A DNA stretch of 60,598 nucleotides, counting the filler, from Squatina squatina (lineage: Eukaryota): NCBI GenBank assembly GCA_031763465.1. It is 4 parts of 4 records of this genome, joined end to end, with 100 filler letters (N's around TTAATTAATTAA, not from the genome) between each part and the next. Parts side by side here need not be neighbours in the genome. Positions count along the whole stretch, not along the records: positions 15,307 to 32,272 come from JARFOE010000046.1; positions 32,373 to 47,075 come from JARFOE010000016.1; 2 more parts are not named here. One strand, written 5' to 3'. Below, one piece after another: positions 20,201 to 33,163 of this stretch; position 1 is the first letter of the stretch; every line of letters starts with the position of its first letter. The notes beneath the pieces were generated by a model. It had not been told where the DNA came from and did no database searches. It was given only the letters and a program-made list of their open reading frames with translations. The translations under genes and the position numbers were made by a program.

Positions 20201-23200
20201 TTATTTTGTTTTGTTATCCACTCGCTTTCACACAATAATGAACACTACAGAAATGTTCTCATTGGTTGGGGTGTCTGTGCCTTTACTAGATCTAATTTAT
20301 TTGCTATCGATCAAGCGAACAGCAGCAATGGAATGTGGAGGTTAACAAGCTTTGCATTTACAAGAAATAAGAACAAATTTTATTTGTAGTGCAAAACTGA
20401 GGAAAGCTGCAAAAGTGTGAAACAAAGGGCGGAAGTGATGTGTGTGACTCCCTGTTATCTCTCTACTGCAGTCACGACCCACTGGCTGAGAGGAAGGAGA
20501 TGCCTGCGTCGAGGAATTTCCTGTCTCCTGTCAACCAACTAAANNNNNNNNNNNNNNNNNNNNNNNNNNNNNNNNNNNNNNNNNNNNNNNNNNNNNNNNN
20601 NNNNNNNNNNNNNNNNNNNNNNNNNNNNNNNNNNNNNNNNNNNAGGGAAGAGCTGAAGAATGTGCTGAAATCTCCCAGCTCAGTGTTCGCTGTGAGGCGA
20701 AGATTAGCAGCAGCAGGATGACTATTTGTTACAAGAACTCTTTATCAATCCCAACAGGTAACGGAATTCCGGCTCGGATTGTCGGCCAGCTCTGATTTAT
20801 AAACCAATTGTCAGCCGCTGAAAAGCATAAAATCCGCGAGTGGAAGAGGCGAGGCAGCTGGGAGTGGAGCAAACGGCACATCGGACAGGCCACTGGGTAG
20901 GAAACACTTCACTTTATCTCTTCATTCGCCGCAAAAACGGTTTAAAATGATGAAAGTGCAGTTCTGGAAATCCCCTCGGGTCCCAGGTCATGGCTGAGAA
21001 TCTCTGATCTGCCGCCGTGCGAGTTTCTCGCGGAAAATTCGGACTCCGGTCTTGTTATTTGAAAAAAAATAACTTTCTTTAAATCGGATTCAGGGGTAAA
21101 ACTTGAATTTATAAACCAGATTTAAAGTCTTTCATGTTTGGAACCCAGCGGCGGAGGTTTATTAATAAATATAACTCTATGGTGTAAATAGCCTTCGGGG
21201 CGGTGACTCTGTTTGAAGTGTCCTGCCCCAGACTCCACTCACCAAACTTTTGCTTTTTGGTAGAATGGGGACGGAAGAAGCGAGGNNNNNNNNNNNNNNN
21301 NNNNNNNNNNNNNNNNNNNNNNNNNNNNNNNNNNNNNNNNNNNNNNNNNNNNNNNNNNNNNNNNNNNNNNNNNNNNNNNNNNNNNCTCACCGTATAAATT
21401 TGCTATGCCATCAGGAGAGCATTTTTTATAAAGGCATTTGGTTTATGTAACTCAGGTTAGCCCTTTGCCCTTTGTTGCTCCAGGACCCCCGAGGATGCAC
21501 TATATTTTCCATAGGTAAGCTACTTTAGCTCCTAACTAGATATTAAAATAATAATTAAGGGATGTTGCACTTTTCATATGATCTCTATGCATTATAACAC
21601 ATTTTAATCATATTAATACTCTCAGCAAAGCAACCTAACCATATTTATTTACTTAATAGGCAAACACAGCAACATTTTTTTTGTCCATCCAAAGTATCCT
21701 ATCATTCGTGTCATCAACACATTTTTAATAAATAACATTGGCCACTGAGTTAATTCTTTAATGCCTTTGCAAACATATTACAACATTTCTACAACCCAAA
21801 CTTCTTGTGTCTTTATTTTATCCCACACTGTTTGATTACCTTTTTAATTATACTTATCATGCTTTTAACTTTTAACCTTGTTTTGATAATTCCACATAAT
21901 ATCATAACTATAACTGGGTTTTGATATTAGAGATATTATGGCAGCCAGTCAAGCAGGTGCAAGCTTCTGAATGAACTATGCAGCCCCTTTACTCCCAGTA
22001 TCATATAGTGCTCAACTTCCAGCCATTTTTCCAGTGGTGATATGTCTTGACTGTATGGATATATCTAAAAATTTGATTGATATGTCAGTGCTACATGTGA
22101 TCGGCTGTCTGTGCTGTCAATCATGACATTCCTATCAGAGCTTGGTTAAGTCACAAGAAAGGGAGAAGGTGCAAGAGATGATCTTGCAGCTAAATATTTA
22201 TTCAAAAGTTGATTGAAAATGGCAACTTTAAAAAGATCAAATATTTTCACATAAAAGCCCAAAGCAATGCAAATTACATTTCCATGCAGCATTATTTAAT
22301 ATTTCACCAAGACATTTGCAAATGGTACAGAAAGACATTCAAAAGCAAGAGAGGAAAAATAAGCTGCAGAACAGATATATTCATGACCCTAAACACTGAT
22401 ACTCGGAGTGGCCATTCTAGGCCAAGTGGTCTCCACATTATTTGGCCTTGTGAGCAACGCTAGACCGGAGTTGGGGCGGGGGGGGCGGTGGGGGAAGAGA
22501 AAGGGGGTTATTTCTAGTGAATAAATGTTGTACTCGCGTATGCACATGTTTACTGCAGGTTAAATTCTGTACATTTAGATTGTTGTAAATACTGAGACTT
22601 GTAATTTACATCAGGTCCCTGGCCCTNNNNNNNNNNNNNNNNNNNNNNNNNNNNNNNNNNNNNNNNNNNNNNNNNNNNNNNNNNNNNNNNNNNNNNNNNN
22701 NNNNNNNNNNNNNNNNNNNNNNNNNNNNNNNNNNNNNNNNNNNNNNNNNNNNNNNNNNNNNNNNNNNNNNNNNNNNNNNNNNNNNNNNNNNNNNNNNNNN
22801 NNNNNNNNNNNNNNNNNNNNNNNNNNNNNNNNNNNNNNNNNNNNNNNNNNNNNNNNNNNNNNNNNNNNNNNNNNNNNNNNNNNNNNNNNNNNNNNNNNNN
22901 NNNNNNNNNNNNNNNNNNNNNNNNNNNNNNNNNNNNNNNNNNNNNNNNNNNNNNNNNNNNNNNNNNNNNNNNNNNNNNNNNNNNNNNNNNNNNNNNNNNN
23001 NNNNNNNNNNNNNNNNNNNNNNNNNNNNNNNNNNNNNNNNNNNNNNNNNNNNNNNNNNNNNNNNNNNNNNNNNNNNNNNNNNNNNNNNNNNNNNNNNNNN
23101 NNNNNNNNNNNNNNNNNNNNNNNNNNNNNNNNNNNNNNNNNNNNNNNNNNNNNNNNNNNNNATTATGAAGGATAAATAGCCTGAGTGAGTGAGGGAGGGA

Positions 23201-23514
23201 GCACCTGGGTGGTAGAACTGACAGCAGTTAAACAGCTCACAGAGCATCTGCCTCCTTCCTATTAGTTACAAGCAAGAGATCCCACCTCAGGCATCAAGTC
23301 CATTGGTTGGGATCGCCTGCCCATGCTGTCCAGCAAGAGACTACCTCATGGCCCAAGTGACAGCATCTTGCTGATCAATGAAGTATTTCTAATGTTTCAT
23401 GAAAATCCATTCAGTGTAAAACTCTCTTAGACGATCTGAAGCATCGGTGGATCAGGCCTCAGCACAAACATCACTGACGCAAACATTCCACAAACAGATC
23501 GGTGAACGGCGACT

Positions 23515-23666
23515 TCATTGGGTCCCACTCACTTTGAGGATAGGAGCAGAGATTTCATTCCACGTGGTCATTAGCAGATTCCGCGACCTCTCCGTTAGCG
23601 CTGGTACATCGTCTATTGTCAGCCCATGGGTCTCCATTGGAGGAAGAATCTGAACTGTACACTTGC
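23515..23666 (-). CDS. AGPAT2: 1-acylglycerol-3-phosphate O-acyltransferase, last exon
   Basis: tgcag|GKCTVQILPPMETHGLTIDDVPALTERSRNLLMTTWNEISAPILKVSGTQ*; matches the AGPAT1/2 C-terminus; assigned to AGPAT2 by its head-to-head position with DIPK1B. Confidence 0.8.
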
Positions 23667-25069
23667 CTGCANNNNNNNNNNNNNNNNNNNNNNNNNNNNN
23701 NNNNNNNNNNNNNNNNNNNNNNNNNNNNNNNNNNNNNNNNNNNNNNNNNNNNNNNNNNNNNNNNNNNNNNNCTTTGGAATTCTCTACCCCAGAGGGCTGT
23801 GGTGCTCAGTCATTGACAGTCATGGACACCATTGGGCATTGATTTCAGTTACCGTACAGCTGCCACAAAGGGCAGAAAAAGATGTCGGCTGCATCAGAAT
23901 GCCATTGGTAACACATACCTACCTCATCCCCTGCACACTAAATTGGCATGAATTGTGTGCATGCCAGCATTCTCCCCTACTATACCATCTAGAGTTGGTT
24001 ATGTACAGAATAGGCAGGGTTTGAGCAAAAAAGACACTCCTCATGAAAAACTGATGCAAACCACAGAAATAGGCATAAAATGGATGAATGTTATTGAGCC
24101 ACCATCACCTTTATTTCAGGAGCTCCAAAAACCTATGACAACCTTAATTAATAGAAATATTTCACAGGGATTTGAAAAAAAGACAAAAAAAAAACCTTTG
24201 TGCAAAGTCTATACCCAGTCAACAGTTTCCTCAAGAGTGGACAAGCTGTGCAAGGGTTCCCAATGGAATTTCAAACTAGATTAACAATTCTACAACTCAA
24301 CAACAACAACTTGCATTTATATAAGCACCTTTATAGTTCCAAGGCGCTTCACAGGAGCATTATTAAGCAAAATTTGACACCAAACCGCATAAGGAGATAT
24401 TGGGGTAGATGACCAAAGCTTGATCAGAGGTATGTTTTAAGGAGCGTCTGTTTTCCATGCAATGTTATCAGAGGACAGCTTGTTGGGATAAATCACTCTC
24501 CAATGAGAAAAAATTATTTTTTCACTGCTGACTTCTAAAATCATAGAGATTAGGAAACTTGTACATCATATGCAATGTACTGATTTCCATTCAAACTATA
24601 TGTGAATCCCTTGACACTGGAATCTTGTTCATAGAAAACAGAACTCCCCTCCCTTTATCTGGGGGAACAAAAGTTCTTTGAAGTTTGAGTTATTGGGAAA
24701 CTGTACAACTGCTGTCTTTTTTTTTAGAAAGCGTGCTACAGAATGAAAGACGTTGGAATAAAACTTTAATCAGTTATGAAAAAGCTTGCTACGATCCTTT
24801 TTATGGTCTTAGATGGCAGAAAGGCGATGCGGCAGGTTCCTGGATTAAGAATTTATTTGGCGAGAGATTGGTACATTAGTGGCCCTTTTGAACTGTAGAA
24901 TGAACAAAGTAAACATCAAAGTATTGAGCTACCAGAGCAGATGTTGACTCAGTGAAACTCCAGCTTAAAGGTTATGACTCACCCAGTGTTGGGTTTAATA
25001 CATATATCTAATGTGGTGAGAAACTGTGTGCCTCTTATTGTTTGGCATATCCAACACCTATATTTGGTG

Positions 25070-25410
25070 AGAGTGGTGGGGCTGGGGTAGAGAGAGAGAG
25101 AGGTGGTGGAGAGGTAGAGAGAGAGATGGTGGAGAGATAGAGAGAGAGAGGTGGTGGAGGGATCGAGAGAGAGAGGTGGAGGGGAAGAGAGAAGTGGTGG
25201 AGGGCTAGAGCGAGTGATGGTGGAGGGGTAGAGAGAGAGAGGTGGTGGAGGGGTAGAGAGAGAGAAGTGGTGGAGCGGTATAGAGAGAGAGAGGTGGTTG
25301 AGAGAGAGAGAGATGGTGGTGGAGGGCTAGAGAGAGAGATGTGGTGGAGGGGTAGAGAGGGAGGTGGTGGAGGGGAAGGGAGAGAGAGGTGGTGAAGGGA
25401 ATGGGGTGGG
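25070..25410. repeat. Purine-rich low-complexity tandem repeat (GGTGGTGGAGGG.TAGAGAGAGAGA)n
   Basis: About 13 degenerate units of ~25 bp made of GGT/GGA and GA runs. Confidence 0.9.
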
Positions 25411-25899
25411 ATGAGGGTTGGCCCTCGCATCCAGAGGCAAAACAATGGAAGAATTGCACAGGATTCCTGCTCCGGATTAATCTCCAGTATCCTCGTCCGT
25501 AAAGTGTGATGTGCCACAGTCTGCTTCAGGACTACAGAATATCTGTAATTTAACATCACATGTAAAATGATTCATGAAAAAGTGTTATTAAAACTCATTA
25601 ATTTCACGTAATTTACTCCAGGCCTGAGCTTCCCTCTCAGCCTGTAATCTCATAGGACTGGTTCTACTGGTGAATCTTCTCTGATAAATTGCAGGGGAAT
25701 GGGTGAAAATATCAACTTTAGAAATTAACCTCATCAGACAGGGTTTTAGGCCCCGAGCCCTGTCATTGTTAGTTTAAGTTGTGAAAGGAATGGATCATTC
25801 CCTTTGTGTAATATGTCAAGAATCTGGAATATTCTTTTTGTTGATCTAGGCAGCATTTATTTAATAGACTGTAACCTGCAGAGTTTAATTATTTTTCAG

Positions 25900-26007
25900 T
25901 GTGATCGCTACAAGAAAGGAATTATTTCTGGCTCTGCATGCAAGGACCTGTGTGAGGAAAACACACTGCTGTTCCAACAATGTCTGTCATCAAACCCCGT
26001 GCATCAG
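25900..26007 (+). CDS. DIPK1B: Divergent protein kinase domain 1B (FAM69B) internal exon (108 bp)
   Basis: ttttcag|CDRYKKGIISGSACKDLCEENTLLFQQCLSSNPVHQ|gtattc; FAM69 cysteine pattern with KGIISGS as in FAM69B. Confidence 0.85.
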
Positions 26008-26864
26008 GTATTCAATTTGTTGGTGAGGTCAAGATCGGTGCCTGTACAATGGTTCCCACATCACAGTTTACAGCTGTTGCAGCTCAGGGACAATGAGGCA
26101 GATGTTTAGGTACAGACACAATAACTGAACAGCACACAGGCCATTACCAACATTTACCAAAGTCCCAATTCAGCTTAGAGCTGTGAGGCTGCCCCACCCC
26201 CAAAACTGTTGGGATGTGAAAATGGGCACCCAAATTCCTGGGTCAATGGATTCAAGCTTAAGCAAAAGACGAACACACAGTTAAATGCAACTTCTTCATG
26301 CAGAGAGTGGTGAACATGTGAACCAGAGAGGTTGGGAAAGCCGAGGGAATTATACATTGCAAGAGGATGATGTTGCATTTTTGGCAAAAAGGAATTTTGG
26401 AGGGTGTGAGATAATATGAGGTATAGATTCTGTAATATTCCCGATGGGTGGTGGTGTTACAATTTGGATGTACAAAGTCAGCTTCCATAGACTGGCCCAT
26501 TCTAGCCTGAGCTAGATTGCCCATTCTGGCCCACGCTTCCATTGGAATGAAACTGAAACTAATGTACAAAATATTTCAGAGAGCATTGTCATGGACACCC
26601 CATTCTGTTATTCACTGGAAGTAACTGTGGGCTCCAGATCTCTCTAAACCAACAGGGAAAAAAAACCGTGGTGTAGGCTAAAACCATGATTCAACTTTAT
26701 TAAGAATAAGAATATACAGAAGCAAAATGGATCGGCGAATTAGACAGCAATAAATTATTTAAACNNNNNNNNNNNNNNNNNNNNNNNNNNNNNNNNNNNN
26801 NNNNNNNNNNNNNNNNNNNNNNNNNNNNNNNNNNNNNNNNNNNNNNNNNNNNNNNNNNNNNNNN

Positions 26865-27260
26865 ACCCTGTACACCCAAGTCCAGGTCATTAATATACAT
26901 CAAAACAAGCAGTGGGCCCAATACTGACCCCTGGGGATCACTGTATACCTCCCCTCCAGTCTGAAAAACCACTGTTCACCACTACTCTCTGCTTTCTGTC
27001 CCTTAGCCAATTCAGTATCCACGCCGCCACTGCCCCTTTAATCCCATCGGCTTTAATTTTGCTAACAAGTCTCTTATGTGGCACTTTGTCAAACACCTTT
27101 TGGAAGTCCACATGCACAGCATCAACCGCACTACCCTCGTCAAACCTCTCCATTGCTTCATCAAAGAACTTGATTGAATTATTCAAACATGTTTTGCCTT
27201 TAACAAATCTGTACTGACTTTAATTTACTAACCCACACTTTTCCAAAGGCCAATTAATTT
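26865..27260 (-). mobile_element. CR1-type LINE reverse transcriptase fragment
   Basis: Encodes FFDE...VDAVHVDFQKVFDKVPHKRL...WLRDRKQRVVVN...PQGSVLGPLL.LMYINDL; frameshifted. Confidence 0.88.
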
Positions 27261-27354
27261 TGTCCCACTATAATTGTTGGTAATGGTACAGTTTTCCATC
27301 CTTAGTACCTGGTAATAGCACTGTCAGGTCAGATTTTATACAGGGTGTAAGAAG

Positions 27355-27640
27355 AGAAAGAAAAGAACTGGCATTGATATGTTTCATGTCCTCAGGATGT
27401 CCAAAGGTGTTTCACAGCCATTGAATTTTGAAGTGGATTCACTTTGTAATGTAGGCAAATGCAGCAGTCCATCTACATAGGTCAAGGTTTGACCAGCTGC
27501 AAATGAATGAATAGTTTTCATTGAGGGAAGAATGTTGGCGAGGTCAGCTCCCTTGTTCTTCTTCAAAATATGGCATGAGATCTTGTACATCCACCAGAAA
27601 AGATAGACTGGGCCTCAGTTTGTAGCTTCATCCAAAAGAT
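27355..27640 (-). mobile_element. Deu-domain SINE fragment
   Basis: CTCAGGATGTCCAAAGGTGTTTCACAGCC...TCTTCTTCAAAATATGGCATGAGATCTTGTACATCCACC. Confidence 0.6.
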
Positions 27641-27643
27641 AGA

Positions 27644-28058
27644 GGGCTAGAAATTAACTGTTGCCACGTTGCAGATGCGCATGGGACGGGAGCCGGCATT
27701 TCTCCTGGAATTCAGCATTCTGGCCGCTTGCGAGGTGCAGCGCGCTCCCGGTCACTGCTGAGGTGGCAGGCCTTGGTCGCCGGTGGCGTGGCTTCAGCAC
27801 CACGCCAGCGGCGTCAGAATCGCCGCGTCAACACGTCGTGCACTGACGTCAGCTGCACGGGCAGGCCTTCCTTAAAGGTGAGGGCTGCTGGCCCTCCTGA
27901 CAGTACCCTGTGGCCGGACACTGGGCCACCAGCGACCGGGCCACCAGCCTGGCATGCCAGTCGGCCGACGGCGAAGTCGGCCAAAACATAAAGATGGCGG
28001 CCGGAGGCGCAGACGCCCTCCCCTTTAACAGGCCCGTTGTAGCACCAGGTTTTCCGGG
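27644..28058. mobile_element. CpG-rich Harbinger-like element end
   Basis: Begins GGGCTAGAAATT; abrupt GC/CpG-rich block truncated by a gap. Confidence 0.4.
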
Positions 28059-28515
28059 NNNNNNNNNNNNNNNNNNNNNNNNNNNNNNNNNNNNNNNNNN
28101 NNNNNNNNNNNNNNNNNNNNNNNNNNNNNNNNNNNNNNNNNNNNNNNNNNNNNNNNNNACCATGACACCCAGATCTCGTTGCACCTCCCCATTTCCTAAT
28201 CGGCCACCATTCAGATAATATTTATTTGTGACGATCTTTATGGATCCTAGTTTTGGGTCCACTCCACAAGTGGAAACATTTTCTCTACGTCTCCCCGATC
28301 GAATCCTTTCCCATGCAGGAACCCTGGCCCTCCACCCCCGACTCCTTCCAACCTTCCTCCCAGTGAAAAGCAGCGTTCAAAAGACATGGACTGCTGTGCA
28401 GGCTAATTTAATGCACTTTATTTTTTTTCCCACTGTGGAGAGAATCTCCTGTGTTACAATCTCCTGTGACAAGTTTCTGTACCTGACGGCACTATTCTTG
28501 TGCATATTGAGCGCT

Positions 28516-29056
28516 TCATTTGGTCAATTCTTTCGGGATTCCGTGCAGAAGGTCCATTTGACGTCTCTTGTCTTTTGCCCGGAGAATGGTCATTTTAAAA
28601 AGTTTACAGTAGAGTTTAACTGCCAAGGGAGAGTCATCATTTCCAGGAACAGGGTAAGTGATGAGACTAGGATTACAGTTACTGTCCACTATTCCCACTG
28701 TTGGAATATTCATCTTCGCGGCATCTCGCACGGCACTGTGCTGCTCAAAGACATTGTTCAAGGTGCTGAGAAAGACGATGAGATCAGGCAGATGGACGCC
28801 AGTGTCGTACTGGACATGTGCATTGGTCAGCAGTCCACCCTGCCAGTATCTAGTGTGTGCATACTCCCCGCTCTCCTGCGCAGTTTTCTCTATCAGGTGA
28901 GCAAATTGACGGGCGCGACTCACAAATAGAATGATCCCTTTCCGAAATGCACAATGGGCAGTGAAGTTCAGTGCCTGCTGAAGGTGAACAACAGACAGAT
29001 CCAAGTCGATGATGTCCTGCTGCAGTCGGCAGCCAAAGAGATATGGTTCCATCTGC
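28516..29056 (-). CDS. MRPS2: Mitochondrial ribosomal protein S2 (uS2m), last exon
   Basis: ttttag|[17 protein letters not shown]...[10 protein letters not shown]...[25 protein letters not shown]...RAKDKRRQ; uS2 signature motifs. Confidence 0.95.
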
Positions 29057-32000
29057 CTAAAAGGAGCAAAGATATTTCCCGTTATACTCGTTCCTTTTAC
29101 AGACGCACCTCACAGAGAGCAGCTTCCCTCCAAATGAGTTCTGACTGGTAACTGCCGAATCATTCTGCAGCATAAAAACATAGAAAATAGGAGCAGGAAT
29201 GGGCCATTCGGCCCTTCGAGCCTGCTCCGCCATTCAATATGATCATGGCTGATCCTCTATCTCAACGCCATATTCCCGNNNNNNNNNNNNNNNNNNNNNN
29301 NNNNNNNNNNNNNNNNNNNNNNNNNNNNNNNNNNNNNNNNNNNNNNNNNNNNNNNNNNNNNNNNNNNNNNNNNNNNNNACTGAATGATTTTCTGCTCTCT
29401 CCACCATTTTCCCATTTAAAACATTTCTCAATTCTGCAGGATGTGGTTTGGCCCAGCACTAATGAACAAAGGCCAACGCTCTTCAGTAAGCTGCCTTCTC
29501 TACTTCCATTAAGTACTGCCTACTTTACTTGGGTTCAAGACAATTATTCTGTTCAGCTTTGCATATTTTACACTTGTATCTTGCAATCGCTTAACCGTGT
29601 GAAGTTTTCCTACTTTTCCATCTGTGATCTTCTCAGCAGGACAACTGTCACAGGTTCTGCATTTTCTATGATGTCACCGTGGGCCCTCATAAACAAACAA
29701 CTGTACATTTTGCACCTGATGCTGTTATGCAACTACAGCTTAGAAAAATTTATGGTGGTGAAGACTGAGAGAGACAGCTATTATCCCAGGAGGCTGGTTG
29801 GGCTGGAGATAGTGGTGCTAAATCTAGCAGTGCTAGACATCCTGGAAGAGAGCCAGCATTAAGTTGGAGAGAGGGGCTTCTTCACAACAGTGAATGCACA
29901 GTTTGAGAAGTATCCTCAAGGGAACGGAATTGAAGAATGGACCCAAAGCCGCTGTTCAGTGAAAGATTGAGGGTTTACGATGCAGGTTGTGACAGCTTCA
30001 TAATGAATAATAACACCTTGGGTAGTTTGGGAGGAATGCATGGTTGAAAGTTCTGAGCATTTGATATAATTTAAAACCAAGGTCTGACTGCCCAATATAC
30101 AAGGGTTAAGAATTAAACACAAAACCTGGTAAACTACNNNNNNNNNNNNNNNNNNNNNNNNNNNNNNNNNNNNNNNNNNNNNNNNNNNNNNNNNNNNNNN
30201 NNNNNNNNNNNNNNNNNNNNNNNNNNNNNNNNNNNNNGAGGAGGCAAATAACTGTATTGCGGCTGTTGCACTCATTTCTTACACTATGAAACCATTAGCC
30301 GTTCCTTGTCCTGAGGGAAGCAGCTTGCTCCAGACAGCTAAAAACTCCTTGACAAAGAATGTAACTGGCCAGAGGTTTGAAATTTCCAAGCACTATTGAG
30401 CTTGGTAATTGGAAAGCAAAGGTCATGCCCAGCAATGATAACTGTGATAGATTCTCACATTGCCCGGAACCTCTGCCAATGTCACATCATCGGTGCTCCC
30501 TCTCAGTAAGCAGAGGACAGCCCAGCCAGAGAGATTCCGCCACCTTTGAAGCAGTTGTATTCCAATTGTCTACAGGAGCAACAAACAGTCAGGATGTTGT
30601 CCTGCAAAGCCCTTCATTGGGTGTACCTGCAGTCTTAAGGGTTCTGCAGTTCACACAAGCCAAAGACAAGTCTCTGGGAAAGAGAAAATCCGGTTCCAAC
30701 CTTTCTATAACCGAATGAGTTGATATTCAATTAGCAAAAGTCAGACTCTGGGAGGAATTCTCCTGCTTTGGTGATGCAGTGACTTAGAGGAAGATCTGAT
30801 ACCCAAATGTGCCCATGTGCCTTTCACATTTGCGGCAAACAGATTGAACTCTTTCATTCCTTTCCCAACCCAGGTGTCAAAGTGAACATTTTGAGTTCCC
30901 AGTGAAAGTCATTGACAATTATTGCAAGTATCTGAATGGAATGGGCAGCAGTCAGTGTGATCGGAGATTGATGGTAAATATTGGCATCTGGGTCAATTGC
31001 AACAATAAAATTACAAAATGTAACATTCAAATAACATTTTTGTTTTTGCTTTTTAATCTAACAAGGCTCAATGACCTTATTGGGAAACTGTCAAAAAACT
31101 CGCACAAGGGATGGAATTCTGGAGCAAGTGTATCAGGCTGGGTCTTACATAAAGGTTCCAAAGTTCAAAACAATCCCAGCGTTTTTCATACGTCCAGTTT
31201 TTGAGGAATTCAGTGCGCAGACATAAACACAGACATGCCAACTGTGACCCGGAGCTCACTCCCTCTGATGTTCTGCTTTATTGTCAGTTCCAGTTACCTC
31301 CCCAGATACAGGTTTGAGCGGCCAAAACAGAGCTCGGGGCTCAGCCAAGCATTTCTCAGTCGGCAAAACCCACCCCGACAGCTGTTTCTCTTATTAAACT
31401 ATGACAATAATTTATTTTGAACACTTGATATTTCCTCACGCAAAACTAGAAAATAAATCCATCTTAAGGCAATAAATTAATATAAAAAATGGATAGTAAA
31501 TCTAGACTCATAACAAGTGAGCTGCCTTTATTAAATCTTTTACTTTGTTGGATCTCTGAGCAATGCTGCAGTGTTTATTCGACGTGCTGTTTGTGTTTGC
31601 TTTGGACCTGCTCCTGATCGAGATGCCAGTGGTGGTCATTACATTCACCTTGTTTTTGTGCTGGTCGGAGGTCCTGCCGTCAAACCTACCACAGCTCCTA
31701 AGTAAACAAGTGTGTGACTGCAGCTGAAACTCACTTACTACGTGTGAATTGATACATTTTTATTATTAAATAAGGAGCATTAGAAGGAAGAGAAGTATCG
31801 GATTGGAGTCTGGCCGGTCTGTGTTCTAACAGACCCCATCATCAATCTAATACAAACCCCTGGAACCTCTGGTGTCGGGACAAGTTACTCCTGGATTGGC
31901 CTCCTGCGATGCTCGGCCCATGAAACCCTGGCAGATTTTTCATTGTATTATATTCATATCTTTGCTTCTTTCCACTTGTTTAATGATTTTGATTAAACAT

Positions 32001-32196
32001 AGTAAAAACATGAGAATTAGGAGCAGGGGTAGGCCATTCCAGGCAGGACAAGAGCAGTTGTCCAGGGCCTCTCAGCATTTGCACTCGACTTTAACTATTG
32101 TGGAATGCCGCACGGTGTTTGCTGTCATTCCTGTGGCTTCACGCTGCCTCCGAAATTTCATACGGAAGAAATGTCAGTGAAGAAGTATAGGTCATA

Positions 32197-32272
32197 AATA
32201 AAAACAGAAAATGCTGGAAACACTCAGCAGGTCAGGCAGCATCTGTGGAGAGAGAAACAGAGTCAACGTTTC
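32197..32272 (-). mobile_element. Penelope-like terminal repeat fragment (second copy)
   Basis: Reverse complement reads GAAACGTTGACTCTGTTTCTCTCTCCACAGATGCTGCCTGACCTGCTGAGT; homologous to 165-235. Confidence 0.6.
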
Positions 32273-32372
32273 NNNNNNNNNNNNNNNNNNNNNNNNNNNN
32301 NNNNNNNNNNNNNNNNTTAATTAATTAANNNNNNNNNNNNNNNNNNNNNNNNNNNNNNNNNNNNNNNNNNNN
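32273..32372. other. Artificial scaffold-joining linker
   Basis: N44-TTAATTAATTAA-N44. Confidence 0.97.
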
Positions 32373-33163
32373 ATTTGAAAATCCAGTTGGTGGACTGGAC
32401 AGGGATTACGTTCCAACACAAATAGCTACTTAAATGTGATATCCTGCTCCCTCTGCATACACTTTGCAATGGCTGTTCTAACATAGTGTTATTGTGACAT
32501 TTATTTTTGGAAAAAATGTTATTATAACTTTTACTAATGGCTCTGCATTAATTGCACCACCTTGTATAATACGGGTCAGAAAGTGCGACATTCAAGTTAG
32601 CTGTATAACACCATACTAGATATTACCTTGGTACCGCCAGAGTAGGGAAGGAGAAAATGCAGACATCAAATGTGGATAAGATCACTCTAGTACCCTTTAT
32701 GGTTAAATCTCACCCCTCTCTTCTTCCCTTCTGTGCTTAGTGACACATGAGGCAATCCATTCCTTCCACTGATTTACAACCAGGAGATCGAGCTTCCATT
32801 ACAAAGCCCCTTTTTACATGGACAGGCTATCAGCGTGACTCGCAACCCTCACCAGGAAAACCCTCTGGATATGATTGGGAGTGGGGTGGAGCAGTCCGCT
32901 CCCATCGGATGTGAGAATCCCGCTGGGTGCCAACCAGAACTCCCGCCTCCACTCTCTGGGACTTATGCTTAAATTGTCCACCAATATTTACTGTCTGGTC
33001 TCTCACACCAAAACTGACCACTTTGATAAGCGCTGCCAGTGCCTGTGGAACCATGCGCTAACATCAGTTCTCACCTTCAAAGAAAGAGGGGAGAGCATGA
33101 TTAGGCAAATAACCCGATACTAAATTGCTTTCTTTTAAATCCTTGTTCTTGTTACCATTTCAG

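Noticed and set aside
20200-23200. miR-126 hairpin or EGFL7 coding exons expected by synteny
   Set aside because: Neither was found in the visible sequence; they may lie in gaps.
25035-25559. 174-aa Pro/Ser/Leu-rich ORF
   Set aside because: It is a by-product of the low-complexity purine repeat.
27644-28058. CpG island or promoter
   Set aside because: It starts abruptly at a GGGCTAGAAATT transposon-like terminus and is better explained as a young DNA element.
28228-28929. 233-aa plus-strand ORF
   Set aside because: It is the antisense shadow of the MRPS2 exon and its 3' UTR.
31508-31697. Possible minus-strand terminal exon (SCGRFDGRTSDQHKNK...AAHLL*)
   Set aside because: Weak acceptor and no recognisable homology, so it cannot be supported.
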